From Arcobacteraceae bacterium (GTDB lineage Bacteria; Campylobacterota; Campylobacteria; Campylobacterales; Arcobacteraceae): DNA of 64,000 nucleotides. Positions 41,818 to 54,395 of this stretch are shown piece by piece; positions within the stretch are counted from its first letter, which is position 1; each line of letters starts with the position of its first letter. Position numbers and translations under genes: made by a program. The notes under the pieces are model-generated. The model was not told the DNA's origin. It saw only the letters and a program-made list of their open reading frames with translations, and ran no database searches. Where the stretch lies: contig OY759974.1 of NCBI GenBank assembly GCA_963662945.1, positions 2,368,001-2,432,000 of the forward strand, read 5' to 3'.

Positions 41818-42255
41818 TTATATACCAATATCTTCATTCCATAGTGCAGGATTATTTTTGATAAATGTTTCCATAAGTTGGCAACATTCACTGTTATTTA
41901 CTACAGATATTTCTACACCTCTTGATTTTACATATTCTTCTGGTCCACGAAAAGTGTGGTTTTCGCCTATAATTACTTTAGGAATACCATATAGTAAAAT
42001 TGCACCACTACACATATCACAGGGAGATAATGTAGAGTAGAGTGTTGCTTTTTGATAATCAGAGGCACTAAGACGTCCAGCATTTTCTAAACAATCTATT
42101 TCGGCGTGTAGTATGGAACTTCCATTTTGTACTCGTTTATTATGTCCTCGTCCTACTATTTTATTGTCAATTACAAGTACAGCCCCAATAGGTATACCAC
42201 CTTCTTGTAACCCTTTTTTTGCTTCTTCTATGGCAGCATCTAAATATTTATCCAT
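41818..42255 (-). CDS. Zinc-dependent nucleoside/cytosine deaminase
   Basis: HAE and PCDMC zinc motifs; C-terminus WNEDIG. Confidence 0.9.
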   Translation of the reverse strand: MDKYLDAAIEEAKKGLQEGGIPIGAVLVIDNKIVGRGHNKRVQNGSSILHAEIDCLENAGRLSASDYQKATLYSTLSPCDMCSGAILLYGIPKVIIGENHTFRGPEEYVKSRGVEISVVNNSECCQLMETFIKNNPALWNEDIGI

Positions 42256-42523
42256 ATTTGTCTCCTAAACTAGTAAAATAATATTGTGAAATATAAGCTA
42301 TTTATACCACTTTACAGAATAAAAGCTTAAATTTATTCAAATAGCTTTCTTTTTAGAAATAATTGTGATATACTCCATTTACAAAAAGATGGTTCGAGTT
42401 ACATCTTTAGTCTGCATTATATTGTTTACTTTTCAGTTACAGTACATTCATCCTAAAAGAAAATCTCATATTATATTTTTACAGCCTTAGAAATTTGGCA
42501 TATTTAACAACAAAGGAATTACA

Positions 42524-42742
42524 ATGGCAACATTAGTAAACGGAACAGTAAAATGGTTCAACAGTGAAAAAGGTTTCGGTTTTATCGAACAAAAAGATGG
42601 TGGAAAAGATGTATTTGTACATTTTAGACAAATTAATAGCAATGGATATGAAAGAGCTTCATTAAATGAAGGTCAAGAGGTAACTTTTGAAATTGGTGAA
42701 GGTCAAAAAGGGCCACAAGCAGAAAACGTTACAGGTTTATAA
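42524..42742 (+). CDS. Cold-shock protein
   Basis: VKWFN, KGFGFI (RNP1), VFVHF (RNP2), KGPQAENV. Confidence 0.96.
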   Translation: MATLVNGTVKWFNSEKGFGFIEQKDGGKDVFVHFRQINSNGYERASLNEGQEVTFEIGEGQKGPQAENVTGL

Positions 42743-42762
42743 TAACTATTTTATTTAGACAT

Positions 42763-42797
42763 AAAAAAAGGGTGATGTTAAAACATCACCCTTTTTT
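42763..42797. terminator. Bidirectional intrinsic terminator (csp / valS)
   Basis: A7-GGGTGATGT-taaa-ACATCACCC-T6. Confidence 0.9.
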
Positions 42798-42814
42798 ATT
42801 AGATTTATTCAATT

Positions 42815-45430
<2,616 letters not shown>

Positions 45431-45515
45431 ATTTTCCCTAAGTGTGTTTATTTAATCGCGATTATACTGTAAAGTCACTTATTATTCACAAAAATGCAAA
45501 TGGAGTTCATGGTAC

Positions 45516-45544
45516 TTGACATTATTACTAATTAGTAATATAAT
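45516..45544 (+). promoter_or_regulatory. Consensus sigma70 promoter overlapped by an 18-bp palindromic operator
   Basis: TTGACA(45516)-17 nt-TATAAT(45539); TATTACTAATTAGTAATA at 45523-45540. Confidence 0.88.
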
Positions 45545-45562
45545 TTTATTAGGAGTTTGAAA

Positions 45563-46015
45563 ATGAAAGTAAAAACAACAAAGACATATGGAAAAACAGC
45601 TGATAAATCAATGCAAACATGGATGCAGATTTTTAGAACTTATAATAAAATAAGAGCTAAAGAAACAGCATATATTCAAGCATTTGATTTAACAATGAAT
45701 CAGTTTCAAGTTTTGGAAGTATTGTATCATCGAGGTGATTTAAATATTGGTTCCATAACACAACTTACCATGAGTACACCAGGAAATATTACAGTTGTTG
45801 TAAGAAATCTTAAAAGAGATGGGTATATTACTGCTATTGCTGATAGTAAGGATAAAAGAGCTTCAATACTTTCACTTACACAAAAAGGGAAAGATGTTAT
45901 TGAAAAGTTGTTTCCAAATCATGCCAAAAATTTTGAAAAATATTTTGAAATATTGAGTGAAGAAGAAACGGATACTTTATTTAGAATTTTAAGAAAGTTA
46001 CATAAAGCACAGTAG
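45563..46015 (+). CDS. MarR family transcriptional regulator
   Basis: LTMNQFQVLEVL, wHTH, DKRA, LTQKG; ATG 45563 fits the AGGAG RBS better than TTG 45557. Confidence 0.92.
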   Translation: MKVKTTKTYGKTADKSMQTWMQIFRTYNKIRAKETAYIQAFDLTMNQFQVLEVLYHRGDLNIGSITQLTMSTPGNITVVVRNLKRDGYITAIADSKDKRASILSLTQKGKDVIEKLFPNHAKNFEKYFEILSEEETDTLFRILRKLHKAQ

Positions 46016-46031
46016 CTTTTTTTTCAATAAG

Positions 46032-46049
46032 TAATACTAATTAGTAATA
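46032..46049. promoter_or_regulatory. Second copy of the operator palindrome
   Basis: TAATACTAATTAGTAATA, 17/18 match to 45523-45540, abutting the next gene's RBS. Confidence 0.8.
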
Positions 46050-46064
46050 AAGGATAGTATAAAA

Positions 46065-46841
46065 ATGTTACCAAGTTTATTTATATCACATGGAAGTCCA
46101 GCTTTAGTTTTAATGGAAAATGATACTACTAAGTTTTTCCAGGAGTTGTCATCTTTATTTGATAGACCTAAGTATATATTAGTAATATCTGCTCATTGGA
46201 CAACAAAAGAATTGAAAATATTGGCAAATGATGAACCTTTTTTGATATATGATTTTTATAATTTTCCAAAAGAGATGTATGAGATGGAATATCCAGCATT
46301 AAATTCTATGAAAAAAGTAGATGATATTGTAAGTTTGTTGAAAAAAAATAATATATCTATAACAAAAGATGAGGATAGATCAGGATATGATCATGGTGTT
46401 TGGTCTCCTTTAAAATTAATTTATCCAAAGGCTGATATCCCAGTTATACAACTCTCTTTACCAATGAACTATACACCAAGGGAATTAATAAAATTAGGGG
46501 AAGTTTTATTTAAACTCAGAGAAGATACTCTTATTTTGGGTAGTGGAAATATGACACATAATCTTGGTGGAGTGAATTGGAGAGATATAGAAGCTAAACC
46601 AGTAGCTTATGCACAAAAATTTAGAAATTGGGTAGTAGAAAAACTACAAATAGGTGATAAAAAGAGTTTGGAAGATTATATGAAGCAAGCTCCTTATGTA
46701 AGAGAAAATCACCCAACAACAGAGCATTTTTTACCATTGTTAGTAACTTTGGGTGCATCCAAAGATGGTATTGGAAAATCTTTGCATGATAGTTATATGT
46801 TTGGAAACTTATCTATGGATAGTATAATATTTAGGAGTTAA
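46065..46841 (+). CDS. DODA/YgiD-type class III extradiol dioxygenase
   Basis: FISHGSP, ISAHW, DHGVW, GSGNMTHNL, HPTTEHFLPL. Confidence 0.92.
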   Translation: MLPSLFISHGSPALVLMENDTTKFFQELSSLFDRPKYILVISAHWTTKELKILANDEPFLIYDFYNFPKEMYEMEYPALNSMKKVDDIVSLLKKNNISITKDEDRSGYDHGVWSPLKLIYPKADIPVIQLSLPMNYTPRELIKLGEVLFKLREDTLILGSGNMTHNLGGVNWRDIEAKPVAYAQKFRNWVVEKLQIGDKKSLEDYMKQAPYVRENHPTTEHFLPLLVTLGASKDGIGKSLHDSYMFGNLSMDSIIFRS

Positions 46842-46843
46842 AT

Positions 46844-47548
46844 ATGTTGAAAAAATTACCAAAAGAAAATATGGGAACATCAAATTTAGGTTGGTTAGAG
46901 AGTAGGTTTCATTTCTCATTTGCAGATTATGTAAACTATGACAATATGAATTTTGGAGTGTTAAGAGTTTTAAATGATGATATTATTCATCCTCAAAGTG
47001 GTTTTGATACACATCCACACAGAGATATGGAAATTATCTCTTATGTGGTGCAAGGAGAGATTACTCATAAAGATTCTATGGGAAATGCAGAAACATTAAA
47101 AAGGGGAGAAGTGCAATATATGAGTGCAGGCACAGGCGTTAGGCACAGTGAACATAATTTGCATCCCAATAAAGATTTAAGACTATTGCAAATATGGATA
47201 GTTCCATCCCAAAAAGGTTTAGAGCCTGTGTACGGTTCACATAAATTTGATGAATCAGAATCAAAAAATAAACTTCTAAATATAGTATCTTCAGATGAAG
47301 GAGATGCTAAAATTAAAATCCACCAAGATGTAAATATCTATGTATCTAAGTTAGAAAAATCGAGAAGTTTAGATTTTACTGTAAAAAAAGGGAGACAAAT
47401 ATATTTTGTTCAAATTGAGGGAATATCTAATATTAATGGTGTAATATTAGAAGATGGCGATGGAATGGAGATAGTGAATGAAACAAAACTAGATATACAA
47501 GCTTTAGAAAATTCCCATTTTTTATTTATCGAAATGAGTGATTCCTAA
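46844..47548 (+). CDS. Pirin family protein (YhhW-like)
   Basis: HFSFADY, HPHRDMEI, HKDSMGN, MSAGTGVRHSE. Confidence 0.93.
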   Translation: MLKKLPKENMGTSNLGWLESRFHFSFADYVNYDNMNFGVLRVLNDDIIHPQSGFDTHPHRDMEIISYVVQGEITHKDSMGNAETLKRGEVQYMSAGTGVRHSEHNLHPNKDLRLLQIWIVPSQKGLEPVYGSHKFDESESKNKLLNIVSSDEGDAKIKIHQDVNIYVSKLEKSRSLDFTVKKGRQIYFVQIEGISNINGVILEDGDGMEIVNETKLDIQALENSHFLFIEMSDS

Positions 47549-47550
47549 TC

Positions 47551-48480
47551 TTATTGTATAGTATCTAGAACTATAAGATATTTTCCAGCTAAATTATAAT
47601 ATGCTGGATAATCTGGTGCTTTTGCATATTTATGAAGCCATTTTGAGCCTTTGAGTACATTTTTATGAAGTACTAGATTGTTATCTAAAAATCTATTAAG
47701 TTCATCTGTTGTACGTACACAGCCATGAGAATTTGGTATTCCCATTGGCATTGATGATTTATGTGAATGTAAAGCAAAGTCTAACTTATCTCTTATAAGT
47801 CTCCATTTATCAGGATTTTGGATTTTATTTCCTTCTTTATCAAAAGTATTGTATCTTACTGTTGTATGTTTCCCAAAATAAAAAACATATCTATCTTTTT
47901 CTCCATAGCCTAAAGTAATATTATCTTCATTTTTTTTCCCATCAGAACGCCAACCAAGTTGTGTTTCAAATACTCCAGCAGGTGTTTTTAAATAATGGTT
48001 GTCTCCATATTGGATTTCTGCTTCTCTTTTAATATTTCCACTTGATATTAAATCTCTTCCAATGTATTCATATTGTTTTGATTGATTATCCCAAAGAGCA
48101 ATGATAAAATATTGATTTTCTAAGTCAATAATACTTACAAATTGACTCTCTTCAAAAGATATTTTTTTTGTCTCTAGTTTTGCTAAAATTTTATCCCAAT
48201 ACTCTTTGTCATAAAGTGTTTTAGATAGTTTTTGTTTTAGTATTCTTTGTAGTTTTTTATCTTTTTGAACACTTTCCCACGTTTTTAGTCTTTTGATTTG
48301 TTTTTTTAAACACTCATACTCTTCTTGACAATTTTTTTCAAGAAAATGGGAAAACCTTTGTTTATAACTGTTGAGTTCTAATACATTTTCTTTAAATTCA
48401 TCTTGAAGTTGTTTTACATCTATATCATTAGAAAACAGAAAATTTACAACTAAACTTATTATTAATATCAATCTTATCAT
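47551..48480 (-). CDS. Exported L,D-transpeptidase (YkuD)-like protein
   Basis: Signal peptide; TPAGVF; ALH...SHGCVR catalytic motif. Confidence 0.75.
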   Translation of the reverse strand: MIRLILIISLVVNFLFSNDIDVKQLQDEFKENVLELNSYKQRFSHFLEKNCQEEYECLKKQIKRLKTWESVQKDKKLQRILKQKLSKTLYDKEYWDKILAKLETKKISFEESQFVSIIDLENQYFIIALWDNQSKQYEYIGRDLISSGNIKREAEIQYGDNHYLKTPAGVFETQLGWRSDGKKNEDNITLGYGEKDRYVFYFGKHTTVRYNTFDKEGNKIQNPDKWRLIRDKLDFALHSHKSSMPMGIPNSHGCVRTTDELNRFLDNNLVLHKNVLKGSKWLHKYAKAPDYPAYYNLAGKYLIVLDTIQ

Positions 48481-48559
48481 AATCTTATTTTATACAATTT
48501 AAACTAAAGATATGATATTATCGCGACTATATGAATAAATTATAATAAAAGAGAGTTGA

Positions 48560-49393
48560 ATGAAAGAATATAGATTACTTATTGAGACAAGTGATACAAA
48601 AGGTTTAGTATATAATATTTCTAAGGTATTATTTGAACACAATTTAAATATTGTAAACAATTCAGAATTTGTTGATAATGAAACAGAAGAGTTTTTTATG
48701 AGAACTGTTATTACAGGTAGTTTTGATGAAAAAGTTTTAATCGATGATTTAAGAGGTGTATTACCACAAAATGCAAATATTAAGCTAACAAATAGTGATA
48801 AAAAAGATATAGTAATACTTGCAACAAAAGAGATGCATTGTTTAGGAGATCTGCTTATAAAATATATGGCAGGCGAATTAGATGCAAATATTACAGCAGT
48901 TGTATCAAATCATGATAGTTTAAGAGCATTAGTTGAAAAATTTGATATTCCATTTGAATATGTATCTCATGAAAACTTAAGTAGAGAAGACCATGAAAAC
49001 TTAATTATAAAAGCTATTAAAAAATATGATTATGAACTCATAGTATTAGCAAAATATATGAGAATTCTTACACCTAATTTTGTAAGAACATTTCCAAAAC
49101 AAGTTTTAAATATACATCATTCTTTTTTACCTGCATTTATTGGAGCAAATCCATATAAACAAGCACATGAAAGAGGTGTAAAGATTATAGGTGCTACGAG
49201 TCACTGGGTAACTGATGATTTAGATGAAGGGCCGATTATCGCTCAAGATATTACAAGAGTTGATCATAATTACTCGTGGGAAGATATGAGAGATGCTGGA
49301 AGAAATGTAGAAAAAGTTGTGTTATCAAATGCTTTGGATTTAGTTTTAAAAGACAAAGTTTTTATCTATGGTAATAGAACAGTTATTTTATAG
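48560..49393 (+). CDS. purU: Formyltetrahydrofolate deformylase
   Basis: ACT domain; LAKYMRIL, NIHHSFLPAFIGANPY, DLDEGPII. Confidence 0.96.
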   Translation: MKEYRLLIETSDTKGLVYNISKVLFEHNLNIVNNSEFVDNETEEFFMRTVITGSFDEKVLIDDLRGVLPQNANIKLTNSDKKDIVILATKEMHCLGDLLIKYMAGELDANITAVVSNHDSLRALVEKFDIPFEYVSHENLSREDHENLIIKAIKKYDYELIVLAKYMRILTPNFVRTFPKQVLNIHHSFLPAFIGANPYKQAHERGVKIIGATSHWVTDDLDEGPIIAQDITRVDHNYSWEDMRDAGRNVEKVVLSNALDLVLKDKVFIYGNRTVIL

Positions 49394-49404
49394 GTTTCAA
49401 GCTT

Positions 49405-49875
49405 ATGTTTAATATAGTTTTATTAGAACCAAGAATGCCTGGAAATGTGGGAACTATTGGAAGACTTGCTTATGTAACTGCTTCAAAACTTCATCTTATA
49501 AAACCTTATGGTTTTGGTGAAATTACAGAAAAAGAAGTAAGACGAGCAGGACTTGATTATTGGGAACATTTAGAAGTATTTGAATATGAAAATATAGAAG
49601 AATTTTGGGAAAAGAATCCAAAGACAGATAGACATTTTTTTGCCACAACAAAAACAGATAAACTCTATTTTGATGCACAGTATCAACCTGAAGATTATTT
49701 TTATTTTGGTCGAGAAGATGCAGGACTCCCTGAAGAATTATTAGAGAATAATAAAGAAACTTGCATCAATATCCCAATGACAAACAATGCTAGAAGTATC
49801 AATATCGCAAATAGTGTTTCAATAGTTGTTTATGATGCAATACGACAAAACTATGAAGCGTTTTCGAAACTTTAA
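49405..49875 (+). CDS. trmL: tRNA (cytidine/uridine-34 2'-O)-methyltransferase
   Basis: PGNVGTIGR, RAGLDYW, FGREDAGLP, RSINIANS. Confidence 0.92.
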   Translation: MFNIVLLEPRMPGNVGTIGRLAYVTASKLHLIKPYGFGEITEKEVRRAGLDYWEHLEVFEYENIEEFWEKNPKTDRHFFATTKTDKLYFDAQYQPEDYFYFGREDAGLPEELLENNKETCINIPMTNNARSINIANSVSIVVYDAIRQNYEAFSKL

Positions 49876-49885
49876 AGGATAAGTA

Positions 49886-50551
49886 TTGATAAATATTTTA
49901 CTACTAGAAGATGACGAACTTTTTAGCCTTTCTTTGATTGATTATTTAGAAGAATTTGGTGACTTTAATGTAACTCATGTAAATACATCTACTAAACTTT
50001 TAGAACTTACTTTTGAAAATAGATATGATTTATATTTACTTGACATAAATTTACCTGATATAAGTGGATTAGATTTACTAAAAGAGTTACGTTCTAGTAG
50101 TGATGAAACACCAGCAATATTTTTAACTTCTTATAAAGATAAAGAAACTTTAAAAGATGGTTTTCATAGTGGTGCAGATGATTTTTTAACTAAACCTTTT
50201 GATATGGATGAGTTGGTTTTACGAATTAACTCTTTAATCAAAAGATTTAAAAAACACTCTATAGTAAATATAGGAAATATTGAATTTAATTTTGATAATA
50301 AAACTGTCAAAAAAAATGGTGAAATTATCAAGTTTAGTTTAAAAGCTTTAGACTTATTTGAATTATTTTATCAAAATAATAATTCAATTGTTTCAAAAGA
50401 GATGATCATCAATAAGCTGTGGAATGTAAGTGAAGAGTATAGTGAAGGTTCTATTCGTGTTTATGTAAACAATATTAAAAAGCTGTTTGAAGATGAAGAG
50501 CTTTTTAATATATCAAATTTAAAAAATATTGGATATAAGATTGAATATTAA
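49886..50551 (+). CDS. OmpR-family response regulator
   Basis: LEDD, LDINLPD, GADDFLTKPF, wHTH ending GYKI. Confidence 0.92.
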   Translation: MINILLLEDDELFSLSLIDYLEEFGDFNVTHVNTSTKLLELTFENRYDLYLLDINLPDISGLDLLKELRSSSDETPAIFLTSYKDKETLKDGFHSGADDFLTKPFDMDELVLRINSLIKRFKKHSIVNIGNIEFNFDNKTVKKNGEIIKFSLKALDLFELFYQNNNSIVSKEMIINKLWNVSEEYSEGSIRVYVNNIKKLFEDEELFNISNLKNIGYKIEY

Positions 50552-51404
50552 ACAAAGAGATTTTTTAATATCAAATACAATAGTAGTAGTATTTACAGTA
50601 TTACTTACTTTGATAATATATAATTTTCTTACAGTAAAGTTTGGATTCAACCAAGATACATTTTATCCTATCACTTTTGTTTTACTTTTATTTGCAACAG
50701 TCTTTTATTATTTCTTGAGTAAATCCCTTTTACAACCATTATTTAAAAGTGAAAAAGAGATACAAAATCTTATAAAAGAGACACTTCATGAGATAAATAC
50801 ACCTGTTGCAACAATTAAGATGAATACAAAAATGTTGCAAAAAAAAGAGGAAAATCCGAAAAATCTTGAAAGATTAGAGAGAATTGAAACCTCTTGTGAT
50901 AATCTACTGAATCTTTATACTCAGATGGAATATTCACTTAAAGAAAAGATAGATAGTGTGACAGTTGAGAGTTTTGATATCAATGAGATAATCACAAAAT
51001 CTATTGAAAAATTTAAAGATATAAAAAAAGATATACAAATAAATTATCAACCACAATCATTGATGATAGAAACCGATAAAAATGGGTTTGAAAGAGTAAT
51101 AGATAATCTTATTTCAAATGGGATTAAATACAATAAACCAAATGGAAAAATAAATATATTTTTAGAAAATTATACATTAAAAATAAGTGATACAGGAATA
51201 GGAATAGACACAAAAAATCTTTTTCATGTGTTTGATAAATATTATCAAGAAAATAGTTTAAATAGTGGAATAGGGCTTGGACTTAATATAGTAAAAGCAT
51301 ATTGTGATAAGTATAAAATTGATTTAAAAATAGACTCTACAAAAGATGTAGGAAGTGAGTTTAGTTTAGATTTAAAAGGGATAATTTGGCAACAAAACAA
51401 ATAG
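50529..51404 (+). CDS. Short membrane sensor histidine kinase (start may be TTG 50541)
   Basis: Two TM helices, HEINTP, NGIKY, DTGIG, GIGLGL. Confidence 0.9.
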   Translation: MDIRLNIKQRDFLISNTIVVVFTVLLTLIIYNFLTVKFGFNQDTFYPITFVLLLFATVFYYFLSKSLLQPLFKSEKEIQNLIKETLHEINTPVATIKMNTKMLQKKEENPKNLERLERIETSCDNLLNLYTQMEYSLKEKIDSVTVESFDINEIITKSIEKFKDIKKDIQINYQPQSLMIETDKNGFERVIDNLISNGIKYNKPNGKINIFLENYTLKISDTGIGIDTKNLFHVFDKYYQENSLNSGIGLGLNIVKAYCDKYKIDLKIDSTKDVGSEFSLDLKGIIWQQNK

Positions 51405-52117
51405 ACTACTTTGATAAAAGTTTTCATATCAATTATGAGATAGTAAACAATGATAAATCAGAAGTGATAGTTTTTCTTCATGGTTGGGGAAGTAATAAAG
51501 AGATTATGAAACAAGCTTTTGGAGAGAAACTAAAAGAGTTTAAACATATCTATATAGATATGCCAGGGTTTGGGAAAAGTGATAATAACTATATCTTAAC
51601 AACGATAGATTATGCAAATATCGTAAAAATATTTTTAAACAATCTGAATATAAATCCAAATGATGTAACTATAGCTGGACACTCTTTTGGTGGAAAAGTT
51701 GCAACTACACTTATGCCAAAACTTCTTGTGTTGATGAGTAGTGCTGGAATTGTTGAAGAAAAATCTGCAAAAACTCTTCTTACAATTCGTATGGCAAAAG
51801 TTTTTAATAGATTTGGACTAGGAAAAATTACAAAGATGTTTAGAAGCAATGATGTTAATGGGATGCCTCAAAATATGTATGAGACATTTAAAAATGTAGT
51901 TGATGAAGATTTTTCTGAATATTTTAAAGGGTTTTATAAAGAGGCGTTAATATTTTGGGGAGAAAATGATACTGCAACTTCTTTAGAATCTGGAAAAACT
52001 ATCCACAGTTTTATAAAAAATAGTTTTTTCAAATCCTATGATGCAGACCATTATTTCTTTTTAAAGTATAGTGACGATATCTCTAAAGAGATAGAAAATA
52101 AACTAATAAATACTTAG
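51386..52117 (+). CDS. Alpha/beta fold hydrolase
   Basis: LHGWG, DMPGFG, GHSFGG, WGEND, DHYFF. Confidence 0.9.
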   Translation: MATKQIDYFDKSFHINYEIVNNDKSEVIVFLHGWGSNKEIMKQAFGEKLKEFKHIYIDMPGFGKSDNNYILTTIDYANIVKIFLNNLNINPNDVTIAGHSFGGKVATTLMPKLLVLMSSAGIVEEKSAKTLLTIRMAKVFNRFGLGKITKMFRSNDVNGMPQNMYETFKNVVDEDFSEYFKGFYKEALIFWGENDTATSLESGKTIHSFIKNSFFKSYDADHYFFLKYSDDISKEIENKLINT

Positions 52118-52198
52118 ATGTAAAGGAAAAATTAAAGTTTTAATAACTTTTAATTCATTATATAAGTTCATTTAAATAAAGTAAAGATATTATACATA

Positions 52199-53626
52199 AT
52201 GGTTAAAAACTCAGATATACTAAAAAATATTCCTAAAACAATTATTCTAGAATTGAAAAATAATACAATAATTGAGTGCTATGGCGATAAAAAAAACTTG
52301 TCAGATTTAAAGAACAAAAAACTACAAGATATATTTAAAAAACAAACATATGACAGTTTAAAAAAGCTTCTTGACAAAAAGTATGACAACATTTTAATCA
52401 CATGGGACAATAAAGAGTATGAGGTACATTTTAAAAATAGGATACTCTATTTTCATGATATTACACAGTATAGTAATGTTGAGTTAAAATTAAAACAAAG
52501 TTTAACTGACTTAAGATCAAAAAAAGAGGAATTACAAGCTGTATTTGATCTTGCTGCAAATGGTATATCTATTTTAGATAGAAATGGTATGTTTTTATAT
52601 GCTAATAAATTTTTTCAAAATATGATGGAATATACTATGGAAGAACTTTACAACGAATCGTGTATTTCTCTTTCTGCTCCTGAATATGCAAAACCTTCAC
52701 AAACAGCAGTGCAAAAAGCTATTCAATATGGAGCTATTGAAAAGTTTAAAAAAGTGTGTATTACAAAATCAGGTGTTCATCTTAATGCTAGTATGTCTTT
52801 ATCTTATCTAGAAAGTAGAGATGAAATTCTTATGATTACCTCGGATATAACAGAAGATATTCAATATCAAGATAAATTAAAAAAACAAGTAGAGATTGAA
52901 GTAGCTAAAAGAAGTGAACAACACGAAGTTATGTGTCATCAGTCAAGACTTGCAGCAATGGGAGAGATGATAGACTCTATTGCACATCAGTGGAGACAAC
53001 CTCTTAATAGCTTGGGAATTATTATTCAAGGCTTAAGACATATCTCTACTCAAAAAAATATCGATGTTAAATTTTTAAAAGAGATTGAAGTTGAGATTAT
53101 GGAGAAAGTAAACTATATGTCTCAAACAATTGATGATTTTAGTATGTTCTTTAGAATATCTAAACAAAAAGAGAAATTTAATGTTTTAAAAAGTATTCAA
53201 GATGCAATAAGACTTATAGATATTCAATTGAAAAATAATCATATAGTTTTTGATATAAATGTAGATGATAATCTTGATTTAAATGTACTGGGTTTTGTGA
53301 ATGAATTTCGTCAAGTAGTATTAAATATGATTCATAATGCAATGATGGCAATTGTCTCAACAAAAAAAGAAAATGGAAAGATAGAGATAATTATTAAAAG
53401 TAATAGAAAAAATTTACATATAGAGATTAGTGATAATGGTGGTGGAATTTCAAAAGAAAATATGCCAAAAATATTTAATCCATACTTTACAACAAAAGAT
53501 AAAGGGAGTGGAATAGGGCTTTATATGTCAAAAGTGATTATTGAAAATCATATGGATGGATTATTAGCAGTAAAAAATAAAAAAGATGGTGCACAGTTTA
53601 CCATTATGTTACCACAAGGAAAATAG
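52199..53626 (+). CDS. Cytoplasmic PAS sensor histidine kinase
   Basis: No TM segment; PAS (FDLAANGI...); IAHQWRQPL; GSGIGL. Confidence 0.9.
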   Translation: MVKNSDILKNIPKTIILELKNNTIIECYGDKKNLSDLKNKKLQDIFKKQTYDSLKKLLDKKYDNILITWDNKEYEVHFKNRILYFHDITQYSNVELKLKQSLTDLRSKKEELQAVFDLAANGISILDRNGMFLYANKFFQNMMEYTMEELYNESCISLSAPEYAKPSQTAVQKAIQYGAIEKFKKVCITKSGVHLNASMSLSYLESRDEILMITSDITEDIQYQDKLKKQVEIEVAKRSEQHEVMCHQSRLAAMGEMIDSIAHQWRQPLNSLGIIIQGLRHISTQKNIDVKFLKEIEVEIMEKVNYMSQTIDDFSMFFRISKQKEKFNVLKSIQDAIRLIDIQLKNNHIVFDINVDDNLDLNVLGFVNEFRQVVLNMIHNAMMAIVSTKKENGKIEIIIKSNRKNLHIEISDNGGGISKENMPKIFNPYFTTKDKGSGIGLYMSKVIIENHMDGLLAVKNKKDGAQFTIMLPQGK

Positions 53627-54322
53627 ATGGAAGCGATACATAAAAGATTACAATCCTTAACTTTACTAATAGCAGAAGATGATGAGAGTACTTTAAAATG
53701 GTTGAGTAGAGTTTTATCACTTTATTTTAAAGAGGTAAGAGGTGCAAAAGATGCTATGGAAGCATTAGAGCTTTTCAATGAAAAACCATCGGATGTGATT
53801 ATATCAGATATTCAAATGCCACAAGTTGATGGATTGCATCTATTACAAAAAATTGCATCAATTTCACCAAAAACTATTCGAGTTGTTATGACAGCTTTCA
53901 ATACTCCTGAATATATTAATAGAGCTGTGGAATCAGAGGTGCATTTTTATCTTAAAAAGCCAATAGATATAGATGAATTTTTGGTTGCAATTGCATCAAA
54001 TATCCCAAAAGAAGTTATAAAAGAGACTTTAGTATCCTTAGGTAAGGGTTATTTTTATGATACTTTACAAAAGTTAGTGGTAAAAGAAGATGCAATGATT
54101 AGACTTACTAAAAAAGAGATTTTATTTATTGAATTATTATTACAAAATAAAAAATCAATTGTAAGTATAGAACAGATTGAAAATAGTATTTGGGAAGAAC
54201 CTGTAACAGCAGATGCTATTAGAATGGTTGTTGTTGGAATACGAAAAAAACTTTACCAAGATATTATTGAAAATATAAAAGGTCTTGGATATAGACTGAA
54301 TTTAGAACAAAATCTTATATAA
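53627..54322 (+). CDS. OmpR-family response regulator
   Basis: AEDD, SDIQMP, KKP, wHTH ending GLGYRL; abuts the kinase stop codon. Confidence 0.92.
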   Translation: MEAIHKRLQSLTLLIAEDDESTLKWLSRVLSLYFKEVRGAKDAMEALELFNEKPSDVIISDIQMPQVDGLHLLQKIASISPKTIRVVMTAFNTPEYINRAVESEVHFYLKKPIDIDEFLVAIASNIPKEVIKETLVSLGKGYFYDTLQKLVVKEDAMIRLTKKEILFIELLLQNKKSIVSIEQIENSIWEEPVTADAIRMVVVGIRKKLYQDIIENIKGLGYRLNLEQNLI

Positions 54323-54395
54323 ACCTTATTAATCTCTTATAGTAATCTTTTTATTTTTAGTTACGATTGTTATGTAACTAAAAAAGGAGATACAT

